DNA of 64,000 nt from Octopus vulgaris (lineage: Eukaryota). This document shows, one piece after another, positions 13,373 to 25,800 of the stretch; position 1 is the stretch's first letter; each line of letters begins with the position of its first letter. Made by a program: the position numbers and the translations under genes. The notes under the pieces were generated by a model. It made no database searches. It saw only the letters and a list, made by a program, of their open reading frames with translations, and was not told the DNA's origin. Location of the stretch: assembly GCA_951406725.2 (NCBI GenBank), contig OX597823.1:80910001-80974000 (forward strand), in the 5' to 3' direction.

Positions 13373-16300
13373 GTGTGTGTGTGTTTGTATGTACCCTTGT
13401 CTGGATATCATTTGATACTTATCAATGAACATCATCAGACAAGTGAAGTCATTCATTTCCAACAATCTACAAAAAACATGTTTGGCCAAAGGGAGATATT
13501 ACCTTGCTTGGAAGCAAGTGAAGGTTGGCAACAGGAAAGGTATCCTGTAGTAGAAAATTTACTTCAACAAATTCCCTCTGACTCATGTAAGCATGGAAAA
13601 GTTGCTGACCAGCAGTTTTGAGGGAAGGGAGGCAATATGATGACATCAATCCCAGAACTTGACTGGTACTTTATTTTATTGACCCTGAAAAAATGAAAAG
13701 CTAAGGTGACCATGGCAAGATTTGAACTCAGAATGTAGAGATCTAGAAGAAATGTCATTTAAGCCTTTTGTCTAATGTGCTAATTCTTTTGTTAGCATGC
13801 TGCCTTATAATAATAATTAGATTGCTTTAAAATATCAGTGTGTACAAAAGTGCCTTGATATTGATTTCAGAATATTCATTGCTTGTTTGAAGTTTAAGAG
13901 GAGATTTTAAGTAATAAAACCTGAAATTTGAAAGAGGAAAACAAATGAAAGTTATGATGCTCATATATTTCATGAACACAGTAACAATGCAAAGAAAACT
14001 AGCTAAATTAAATTGCAGTTGGTTTTATTTGATATAAACTATAATTCATTCTTTTGTTCATGGTGCTATCTTCTGTCTCTCTGACTCTATAAAAGAAATT
14101 AGTAATAATAACCCATCAAGTGCAACAGATGTAGGATCAGATTAAAATAACTATCTGTATGTCATCCTCAATGCAAATACAAAAAAAAAAATTAACTATA
14201 GTATTCATCCAGAGACACTATCTCTTATGGATGCGTGCCTTTTCATTTTGTGTTTGCATCAAGTATGATACTCAGATGACTATTTTAATCTAATACTGCT
14301 TCTGTTGCATTAAAACAGATTTTTATTCAGCCAGCCACTTGCAACATCAGTGATTTTTCAATCACTGTTTTTCTATATTAGTGACAACAGATTTTATCTT
14401 AACAAGTGGTTGCCTGTGAATGCATACTACAGAAAAAGCCCAGCAGATAGCATTTTAACTCTCACTGCTGGACAATCTTCATTTACTACTGATATATTTG
14501 CGTTATTTAGTTCAGTATGTCCATCAGAGATGTTATTGCTGGATGAATACCACAAATCATTTAGCATTACACCATGTTTGCTACTCATGTGGCTATTAAT
14601 GATAAATTATCAACTCAGTAAAAGAAATTGATTGTAATAATTTTGTGATAGAAAGTTGTGTCTTCAGTAAATTTCCATTCAGTTCTTTTCAGCTTGCTTA
14701 TTCTTTTTTTCCTTTTGTTTTTTAGAATCCATTTCAGCAAAGGCACCAAACTATCAGAGGCCTAAAGGTTTGTTTAAAATATCTGTGTTAGCTCTGAAAA
14801 ATGAAAGCTGTAAAATAATGCTTAAAAGCTATTTTATTAAATTTTGTTCCCTTCTAAATCATTTCGATAGCAACTATTTTAATCATTAAAATTTTATTCA
14901 GTTTATTACAAGCATCATTCAAATTAGTTTTCCTTTCATTCAATAAACTTAATTTCAATTTTCAAAATATTTCTAAATGAAAAAATATTTTAAACAATTG
15001 GAAGTATTTTGTTTGGCAATGAGCTTCACAGAGGCAATGACGAAAGACTGAGACCTCTGGAAATATGCTGTGACTGCGAAGACCCAACAAATAGAGTTCA
15101 TGGCTGTATCCTACACCAGCTTCACACAACCAGCCCAAGCCCATTCAAAGTACCTTGGATTGCAGGACGGCCTGCAATGCTTACCTTGGATCATGGGGCG
15201 ACCTACTGTGCTTGAGGAGACCTATTGAGTCAAGTACATCAACATCAAAATATAAATCAAATGGAATTGTAGTTGTGATACCCATGCTGGTGGCATGAAA
15301 AAAGCACTATCCGAACATGGCCAATGCCAGTGCCGCTGGACTGGCTTCCGTGCTGGTGGCATGTAGAAGGCTCCAACTGATCATGGCCATTGCCAGCCTC
15401 CTCTGGCCGCTGTGCCGGTGGCACTAAAAAGCACCCACTACACTCACGGAGTGGTTGGCATTAGGAAGGGCATCCAGCTGTAGAAACACTGCCAGATCAG
15501 ACTGGAGCCTGGTGCAGCCTCCTGGCTTCCCAGACCCCAGTTGAACCATCCAATCCATACTAGCATGGAAAACAGACGTTAAACGATGATGATGATGATT
15601 TTTGTTGTATTTCTAAAGAGCAAGAAAACAAAGTAAGAATTAGATCTTCTGAATCCTATATACTAAGCTAAAAGTCCTGTTGTCATCATTTTCCCCCTCT
15701 ATACTGTTTGGGTTTTGGTATACCCATGTCAGTTGGTGACCTCTGACCCTGTATACATTTCTGTTGCATTATATAATTTTTATGAGCAACTGTACTCTAT
15801 GGAACTGAATATAGTAAATATTTCCTACTGACCAGTGGTCAGATATAATGCAATGCAGAAGCTCACTGGTGGGATTTGAATTTGATCTTTAATCAATAAC
15901 ATTAATTACTGCTCTATGCATTAACACCTGTGCCACCTTTAAAGACATGATTATAATATCACAATAAATTGTATTAATATATTCATCGTCATGATAATAA
16001 TGTTTTCTTCTAAAGGCACAAAGCCTAAAATTTTGGGGAGGGGCATGTCAGTTATACTAATCCCCAGTATATAACTGGTACTTATTTCATCAACTCTGAA
16101 AAGATGAAAGCTAAAGTGAACCTCAGCAGAATTTGAACTCAGGCAATAGTGATGGGTGAAATACTGTTAAGCGTTTCGTCCAGTATGCTAACAATTCTGC
16201 CAGCTTGTTGCTCAACTACTACTACTACTAGTAGTAGTAGTAGTAGTAATAATAATAATAATCTTTTCCACTATAGGCACAAGCCCGAAATTTTGGGGGA

Positions 16301-17272
16301 GGGGGACCAGCCGATTAAATCGACCCCAGTACACAACAAGTACTCAATTAATCGATCCCGAAGGGATGAAAGGCAAAGTTGACCTCGGCGCAATTTGAAC
16401 TCAGAATGTAATGACAGACGAAATACCGCTAAGCATTTCACCTAGCGTGCTAAGGTTTCTGCCAGCTTACTGCCTAACTACTGCTACTACTACTACTACT
16501 ACTACTACTACTAATAATAATAATAATAATAATAATCCTTTCTACTATAGGCACAAAGCTTGAAATTTTGGGGAAGGGGGCAGTCAATTAGATCGACCCC
16601 AGTATGCAACAAGTACTTAATTTTTTGACCTTGAAAGGATGAAAGGTAAAGTCAACCTCAGTGAAATTTGAACTTAGAATGTAAAGACAGACGAAATACC
16701 ACTAAGCATTTCGCCTTGTATGCTAACGATTCTGCCAACTCACCACCGTCATAATAATAATAATAATAATGATGATGCCCTGATGCAGTACCAGACAGTG
16801 GCTCTCATGGCTCCTGATCTTAACTGATTAGAAGTGTTATGTACATTGTTTTCTCTTGGTATAAATGATGGGCTACAGCAAATATTCTGCTCAATACCAC
16901 AGATTTGCTTGTCAGTTGATTTTGAGCAGGAGTAGTCAGGGAGCATCATAGCCATGTGTTGAGAGGGATTCTTTGGGGTTTGAATAATTCACCTCTGGAA
17001 CCATGGGTGTTTCGTTCAACATCCTTAAACAACCCTTATTCAGAGACCTTTTGAACAGGATGGGTTACTCGACCAGAAGAAAATTCTAACTTGGCCCCCA
17101 CCTGCAAGGTCGTGTGCTGTTTATCTTGATATGAGATCACCATGTCCTGCACATATGGTTGTGATGCATGTGCCTAGGGTACCCTTATCAGACGGGTAGT
17201 CATGATGGGTATACTGGGCTTCGTATATTTTACCCCAGTTTCACTTTGATGGCATTCACTGTTCTCTTACTC

Positions 17273-17304
<32 letters not shown>

Positions 17305-20300
17305 TGATGATAGTTTCAAACTTTGGTTACAAATGCAATAATTTTAGGAGGTTGAAGTTATTTGCATGGTTATATGTTTTATGATTTACATTTGCCTAAT
17401 TTTGAAATGACTAAGGATTGAAGTTAAAGAAAGTTTCCTTTTATATATTTAAGAGGATTAATAAAGTTCATTGATTAGTTAACATTAATGATCTTCATGC
17501 AACATCTTGCAAGCAGGAAATCAATTCTAACAATGGCTCCCACTGTGTAGCAAAGCAAGTGAGCGTGCTAGTTAAAGATTTTAGAAGAATTTGTAGACTT
17601 TGGACTAAAACTATTCAAAAGTTTCACGCTGACAAAAATCAAATGAAAAATAGTTCATCATCATCATCATCATCATCAACATCAGTGTTGTCATTGCCGC
17701 TGCTGCCATCATTGTTGTCATCACTATCATTGTCATGATTTAACCCTTTTGATACCAATCCGGCTGTCACCAGCGCTGGTTCTGTAGTACAAATGTCTTG
17801 TTTTATAAGTTTTGAATTAAAATCTTCCACTAAACCTTAGTTACAATAGCCTGGTTTTCTGGTTTTCTACTTCACTACACAATCTTAAGCACTAAATTTT
17901 CAATAAATCAAAAAATAATGCATTTTTTAATTTATTGAATTTTATGCAATTTTCAAAATTTTTTCAAGACAGAGGTATTTTAAAAAATTTATGTGAAATG
18001 TATGTAAACAGTTCTGTAGTACAAATGTCTTGATTCATAAGTTTTGAATTAAAATCTTCTACCAAACCTTAGTCACAATTTATGTACCTAATATTAGCTT
18101 AATGATAACTAAGTTATTTTACTAAAGTCTTTGTTATTGTAAAAATTGATTGAAAGAAACAGAGAGCATCTCAAAATAAATACGGTAATGAAAGGGCTAA
18201 ATCCATATTCCATGTTGGCAAGGGTTAGTGGTTTGACAGGCTCAAAGACTGCATTGCATTTCAGTAACTGTTTTGGTATAGTTTCTATAGCTGGATGCCT
18301 TTCCTCATAATTTTCTGATCCCTTGTTCTAAAGGTTCTTGGAATCCATACAACTTTACAGGGTGTGCTGTCAGCTTTATTTATGCCACCAGCACCTGTGA
18401 GATTGGTATGCAGTTTTGAAGACTACAAGCCTCAAGTCGAGAGGGGTAACTTCGTGCTAGGACAATGAGCAGAGGGAGGTAAAGTATGAGTGAAATGGGC
18501 CAGAACAGAGTCAGTTTCTTGCTGAAGAGGAGCCACATGTCAACTCTCAATTTAGAAGAGAGAGAGAGAGGAGGTGGAGAGCTAGAAATTAGGGATGAAG
18601 AGTCAGAGCGAATCTTCAAGGTACAAAGTACAAGGATGGGAATGAGTAGGGCAGGGGTGTCAGAAGTGGGTGGGAGCAGTTGGGGGATATCTGGTGCAGA
18701 ACAGCGACATGTTTACAATGATATAGTAAGCAGGTAGGCACTTAGGGTTATGTAGTAAAGTAGAAAACTAAGTATTTGTTCCAAGGGAATGGACAATGAA
18801 ATATTTCTAAAACTTTCGTAATTGTGTTCTTTTTGCTGGAGGCTGCCACATAATGGCATAATGGCAGTGAGAGAGAGGGGAAGATCATGTGTGTGTGTGT
18901 GTGTTCTTAAAATGGGAGAATTACTTCTAAGTTTCTTTTTGTTTTGTGTTGAAAATTCTTATCAAAAGTTGAGAGAGGATACATACATTTCACATGATTT
19001 TTGGATCTTTACCTTTTGACCTACAGATTTAAAAAATAATTTTTTGTAACTAAACACTTTCAAACTTCAGACACTGGTAGAATGTGTCATATAAAACATC
19101 TTCTACTCTTAGCATTTTTGAGGAAAACTTATATTTATGAAGTAATTTCATGTTAAAGTAGTCCTATTTCTGTAATTTCAACCAATCAATGACGTGTATT
19201 CAGCTGAATAAAATTACTGCCGTTGTTTGTCAACAATAACTATCGGCAGTGTATTGTTCGTTTGTCACTGTTATTTATGACATCGTTCATGCATTTGTAC
19301 TGGTTTTAGCTTTAAGGTTTTAGGGTTAGAGTTAGGGTTTTTGGGTTAGGATGTTAGGGTTAGGGTTTTAGGATTATAGTTGTCATAAATAACAGTGACA
19401 AACAATAGCAGTGATTTTATTCAGCTGAATACACATCATTGATTGGTTATAATTACTGAAATACAACTACTTAAATGTGAAATAACTTCGTAAATATAAG
19501 TTTTTCTCAAAAATGCTAAGAGTAAAAGGTGTTTTACATGACACATTCTACCAGTGTCTGAAGTTTGAAAGTGCTTAGTTACAAAAAATTATTTTTTAAA
19601 TCTGTAGGTCAAAAGGTAAAAATCCTGATTTTTTAAATTACCTCTGTCTTGAAAAAATTTTGAAAATTGCATATAATTCAATAAATTATTTTTTAATTTA
19701 TTGAAAATTTAGTGCTTAAGATTATGTAGTGAAATAGAAAACCAGTAAATTTGTTTTAAGGAAAATAGATAATGAAAGATTTCAAATACATTCTTTATTG
19801 TATGTAATTTTTTCAAAACTTTCTTGTAAATTGTTTTGTAAAATGTTGAAATTTTGTTTTAATTTCAGAAAAACCTGTATGCAAATTCACAAATATTATG
19901 AAAGATCCTGATATTCTGCCAACAAGTGCTATTAAAGCTTCAAGTTATAACATTAATAATAAAGCAGAAGACATTCGACCTGGTGAACGGTTATGGTATT
20001 CTGCAGATAAAGACAAATTTCCACACATTACCATTGACATCTCAAATATTAATTCCCCAATGGAAAAGGTTTCTTTAGTTCGCCCTCACAATATTAAATC
20101 ATTTGAAGTTCTCTTAATGAATGGAAAAAAAGTACTTAAAACATACAAGGTAACTGTTTAATTATAAAATAATACAGACACAAGCACACACACACACACA
20201 CACACATTTTGCCCGGCATGCTAAAGTTTCTGCCAGCTCTCCACCCTATGAATTTTAGGTAATGACCAGAAGAGTATGATTGCGAATTCAGAAGGCCAAA

Positions 20301-22106
20301 CTGGGCTTCCTCTGAAGTATCACTGGATTAAACTTACTCAACAGGGTTCATAGCCCTAAGATTAGGGAGTCTCTCCAGGTTGAGCCACCACTTCTCTGCA
20401 TTGAGAGATCATAGCTCTAGTACTATAGACATATGGGGAGAATGCTGCAGAAAAAGATCACAAGACAGATTCTTCAAACTGAGCCAACTCGCAGGAGACC
20501 TAGGGGTAGACTAAGATTAAGACGGTTGGATAATATCAACCATTAGTACTTTTCTTGTGTTTTAAGCTTGGTACTTATTCTATCAGTCTCTTTTGCTGAA
20601 CTGCCAAGTTACAGGGAAGTAAACACACCAACACCGGTTCTCAAGTAGTGGTGGGGGCAATCACAGACACAAGGAAACACACACACATATATGATAGGCT
20701 TCTTTCAGTTTTCATCTACCAAATCTACTCACAAGGCTTTTGTCAGCCTGAGGCTATTGTAGAAGACACTTGCCCAGAGTGCTATATAGTGGGACTGAAC
20801 TTGGAAGCATATGGTTGGGAAGCAAACTTCTTACCACATAGCCATTCCTGTGCCTATACATTCTGAGTTCAAAGGCAGCGAGCTGGCAGAAATGTTAGCA
20901 CGCCGGGCGAAATGCGTAGCCATATTTCGTCTTCCACTACATTCTGAGTTCAAATTCCGCCGAGGTTGACTTTGCCTTTCATCCTTTCGGGGTCGATAAA
21001 TTAAGTACCAGTTACGCACTGGAGTCGATATAATCGACTTAATCCATTTGTCTGTCCTTGTTCGTCCCCTCTGTGTTTAGCCCCTTGTGGGTAGTAAAGA
21101 AATAGGTATTTACATTCTGAGTTCAAATTCTGCCAAGTTCGACTTTGCCTTTAATCCTTTCAAGGTCGATAAATATGTACCAGTTGTGTACTGGGATTGA
21201 TCTAATCGACTGCCCCACCTCCCCAAAACTTTTCGGGCCTTATGCCTAGAGTAGAAAAGTATACATTCTGAGTTGAGGCTGACTTCCTCTTTTACTCTTT
21301 GCCAGACAGACGAAATAAGCATTTGAGTAGATAGAAAAGCATGACTAAATGCTTAAAGGTGACCCATTAGCATTCCTACAGGCAGATGATTAAAAAAATA
21401 AACCAAAAGAATACTGAAATAATGTGAATTACTTCTTAAAATAAAATCTATTTCGTTTAATTCTTATAACTTTTAGGCTAACACAAGACAAGGAGTAAAT
21501 TTATATGACAAAACAGCAACACATATAAAACTGAATTTATTTCCGATTGATATCAAACAATGCACTGCTACAGAAGTTTCGATTTTTGCTTGCATCAGTG
21601 AAAGTCCAAGTAAGTTAATTCATTAAGTTATTGCATTAATGGCTTAATTTCTTTTATTTCTTTAGCAAAGCAATCCGTCATTAACATCATAAGTAAATAT
21701 CATTGCCACTGCTACCACCACCAAAACCACCACCACCACCACCACCATCTTGATCGTCATCATCATCATTATCATAATTTACACTGTTACTGAAATAAGT
21801 AGGTAAAACTTCATTGTTTTTTCCTAAGCCAATTACAAACAGTTTGTTTCATAAATAAAAGGTCTCACATTTGGGAAGATGGTATAGTCAATTACATGAG
21901 CTTCAGTACTTCATTGGAACTTTTAAGTACACAGAGAAATGAATCAAGGCTGAGGATGGTGAATTTCAAACACTGAGCATGGAGGGAGACAACTAAATAC
22001 TTTGTGGCATTTTTGCATAATATTCTACAAATTCTCCAAATTTATAAACTAATTTGTAATCTTCAAAGAAGAATTTATTAGTAAAATTTCACTGTATACA
22101 TGCCTT

Positions 22107-22153
<47 letters not shown>

Positions 22154-22826
22154 CTTTTTTGTTTGATTGTTAATAAATGAATGAATGATAAAAGAACAGA
22201 AGTTATATAATCACCTGTAGCTTACATCTGTTTTGGCTATATAGAAACATGCACCCTGAGCTAGGTGCCAGTGGAACATTTAATAGCTTCTTCAGAGTCA
22301 GTTATATGAAGTCTTTATTGAGGAAAGCATTTGAATATATACACACATGTATGATATTATATTATATCCTTTGTTTGTATTCATGTGCACAATTATATAT
22401 CTAAATACTTCCTCAGTGAACAAGGTATAAGACGTCACACTGGCACTTCTTGCAAAAGCTGCCTCTGGCTTTCTAATCTCTGTTGATGCTGTCCATGTCA
22501 CATCTTACAGCTTTTATAGTATTCACAGAACTTTGAACAGCAGGTATGGTATTTGCATTTTGATACCTAGTGTGAATCATTATCATACGGGTAGCACCTT
22601 TCCAATAATCAGATGGCTTTCATTTCTCCATGTCAGCTAACTTTTTCTTAGGGTCTGACAGAAACATTGTAAAGCTAAGCATTTTATGGACATGAAACCC
22701 AAAGTAACCCCATAGACCAGCCATGGCCATCTTTATCATGTATGTATGTATGTATGTATGTATGTATGTATGTATGTATGTATGTATGTATGTATGTATG
22801 TATGTATGTATGTATGTATGTATGTA

Positions 22827-22860
<34 letters not shown>

Positions 22861-25800
22861 TACATAAATACATATATGCATATATACACACATAAATATA
22901 TATATATATTTACTCATACATACATATATCATATTTGCCTTTATATGTAGTGTCTAGTATCATCTTAGATTCAATCCATGTATATAAATGTATTCTTTTA
23001 AAATCTAAATTAATTAATAATGTTACATTTACTTTCATTTCTTTAATAGTGACCACACCTGAGGTAACCACCATATTAACCCCAACTACATTTTTACCAA
23101 CCAGTTAGTATACTTATTTATTTACTAATTGATTAAATTTTTCACATTTGATACTAAATTTATGATTTTACTATATCTAATGACTCTCATTTTGATTTGA
23201 TATTGAAATACCATAAATACAAACTCAAAGTAAAAATATAATTTATTATTTTATATTTTGATTATACTGTTATATACAACTGCATCTCTATTAATGGCAC
23301 CCAAACCTGTAACAGAGACAGGAATGATACAATGAGTGAGCCTCTACACAGTCGTTCAGCCTACTAGAAATAGCAGCCACCTTCCACTAAATCACTCTGC
23401 TTTCATGAACTCTTTGTTTGTCCAGTGTATCACATATTACCCTTGCATCTATGTATCATATGATACAGATATCCAATTTTTTTTCAACCATTAGAATAAC
23501 TTGGGACTTATTCAAGGAAAACATTATATTACTTAGAAGCAAGGTCAAGTTTTTCATCAGTCTGTCTCTTTACTATCTTATTATTATCTCTAACTACCCT
23601 GTTCCATCTTTTTCCTCCTGGCTGAATTACATTTTTGTCAAATTGATCAGCATCTGCTCTGGTCACTGTCAAAGGCTATTGACATACAAAAAGTAGATTA
23701 GGCAATAAAGAAAAAAAAAAACATTGCCAATCTGTAAAATAGCACTCCACTTGATAAATCACTGCATACCAGAATTCAGTGCAGAATTAAAATTACCATA
23801 TAATATCCAAGCAGTTATATTGGTTGATATTTGCCCTGGAACTCACTATTAGGTTTGTATGTGTTTGAGTTAGACTGACTGACATTACAAAACAAAATCC
23901 AACAAGTAGTAGATACGGTGTTAAAATCTTTTTTTTTCTTTTTTTTTTTAAATGGAACATATAAAGAATATTTTATAATTTTAACCAACGTTTCTGACAA
24001 GGAATTGAATTTCTTTTGTAGAATCATGGTGCATATTCAATGATGGTTTGGCAGATCATACTTTAATAAGGAACTCAGATATAGATTTGTCAAGCAATGA
24101 CGGAAACAAAAATGTTATTCGGCCAGGAGGAAAAGGTTGGAAACCAGCAAAAGAAAATAAGAAACCATTTGTTAGCATTTTTGTTGGTGATTCTTTGAGG
24201 TATGGTGCATCTATACGTCTGGGCAAGGCTAAAGATATTAAAAGTTTTGATGTTATTCTAAGTGGAGGAGGAAACAATAAGAAATATATGGTAAGTTTGA
24301 CTACTTTTTTTAATGTAGTAAAATGAATAGTTACATCATGGTAGAGTTATTCAAGCTGTTCAAATCACTTTTAACATGAAGTGTCAAAACGTCTCACACA
24401 AATACAACTTGGTCACTGATACAGTTTTCACAACAACTGTTCAAAAGCTTGATCCCTGTGGGTCTCAGCTTTTGTCTATTTTTATTTCATATAAGACTTA
24501 AGGATATATGGGTTTGCTGTGTTTATGTAAACTTTGACCTCATAACCTTGGACAATAATCTTTAGTAACTTTCAGTTTCTATTATTTTTACTGTATATAT
24601 AGCATTGTGATCATTCCACTTATTCCCTTATTTCTTCTTTCTTTTCTTGAATGTTAATTTTGAATGTAATTCTTCCATGGTTGAGATTTAAATATTGCAC
24701 TGTCAAATTTATTATTATTCTGTCCTATAATAGTCTTTACTATCTTATTATCCCTAACTACCCTGTTCCAACTTTATCATAGTGTGGAAGGCATATTCCA
24801 TCTTCATCAGTTTTTAGATGAAGAAAAGTATGTAAGCTGAATTGAAGATAACAAGTTTGGCTTTTTATTCAACCTCTCCTTTTTTGAGGATCAAACCCTG
24901 CTTGAGCTGGCACATTACCGTACCAGCACCTGCAATTTCAGCATTCAATTCAGCCTCCTGCTTCTCATCAAACTGCCAGAATCAGTTGTTAGTCATCGCA
25001 GCACTGCATCCTTCAAAACTTCCATGCTTCCTGAGATTCGCCAACACTACACCTGATTTTCTCCCCTCCATACACATGCAAGCATGTATCTGACTCATAC
25101 ACTGTTCACTTCCCAGACATTTGTACATTTCTGCATATGCTTTATATACACTTTTGACAAGTTGTGGTGCACCTGAGCACTGTATACAATAATTTCATTA
25201 TATATTTATATATATTATATATATCAGTCATGAAAACAGCACTGAGATACTTAAACTTCTCCACTTGTCTCAGATCAAAATTATTCTAGGTGAATACAAC
25301 AAACCCACATTTCAAAGTTCAATACCATGGGGTGGGGCAGAGAGAGAAGAAATCCAAAAACTATTAGGACTGATCTTGAGCAAACTTTTAAAAAGTTGTA
25401 ATGGAACTATGCTGGTCACCAGGTCAGTTATACAATGAAAATATTTGACATGTCATGAAATAAGTTAAAAGTGAATTTAACAGTTCTGTGCACTATTAAT
25501 TAACCCTTTAGCATTTAAATTGGCGATATCTGGCCCAAATATTCTACCTGTTTTATGTTCAAACTGCTTAGATCTGGCCTCCTAGACCTACCCTACAATG
25601 CCATTCTAAAAAATAAACAATCATATCAAAATCTCAAGGCCACAAGATAATGTGTGATAAATTCATAACAATATGAATGAATAAGCATTACATTTGATAG
25701 GGTAATCTAAATGTAAAGGGTTAACTGGCAAGGAGTACCCTTCCACAATGTGATTTGCTTCAGTTTTGATACATGGTCCCTGATAAAGTCACTTGCTAGA

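Noticed and set aside
15009-15215. Cys-containing ORF as an extra exon
   Set aside because: Lies in the body of a dispersed retroelement and lacks a suitable acceptor/donor pair.
19315-19372. Interstitial telomere from a chromosome fusion
   Set aside because: Short, degenerate and central within a TIR element with a TSD.
3269-23000. Low-complexity ORFs ([16 protein letters not shown])
   Set aside because: Translations of microsatellites.
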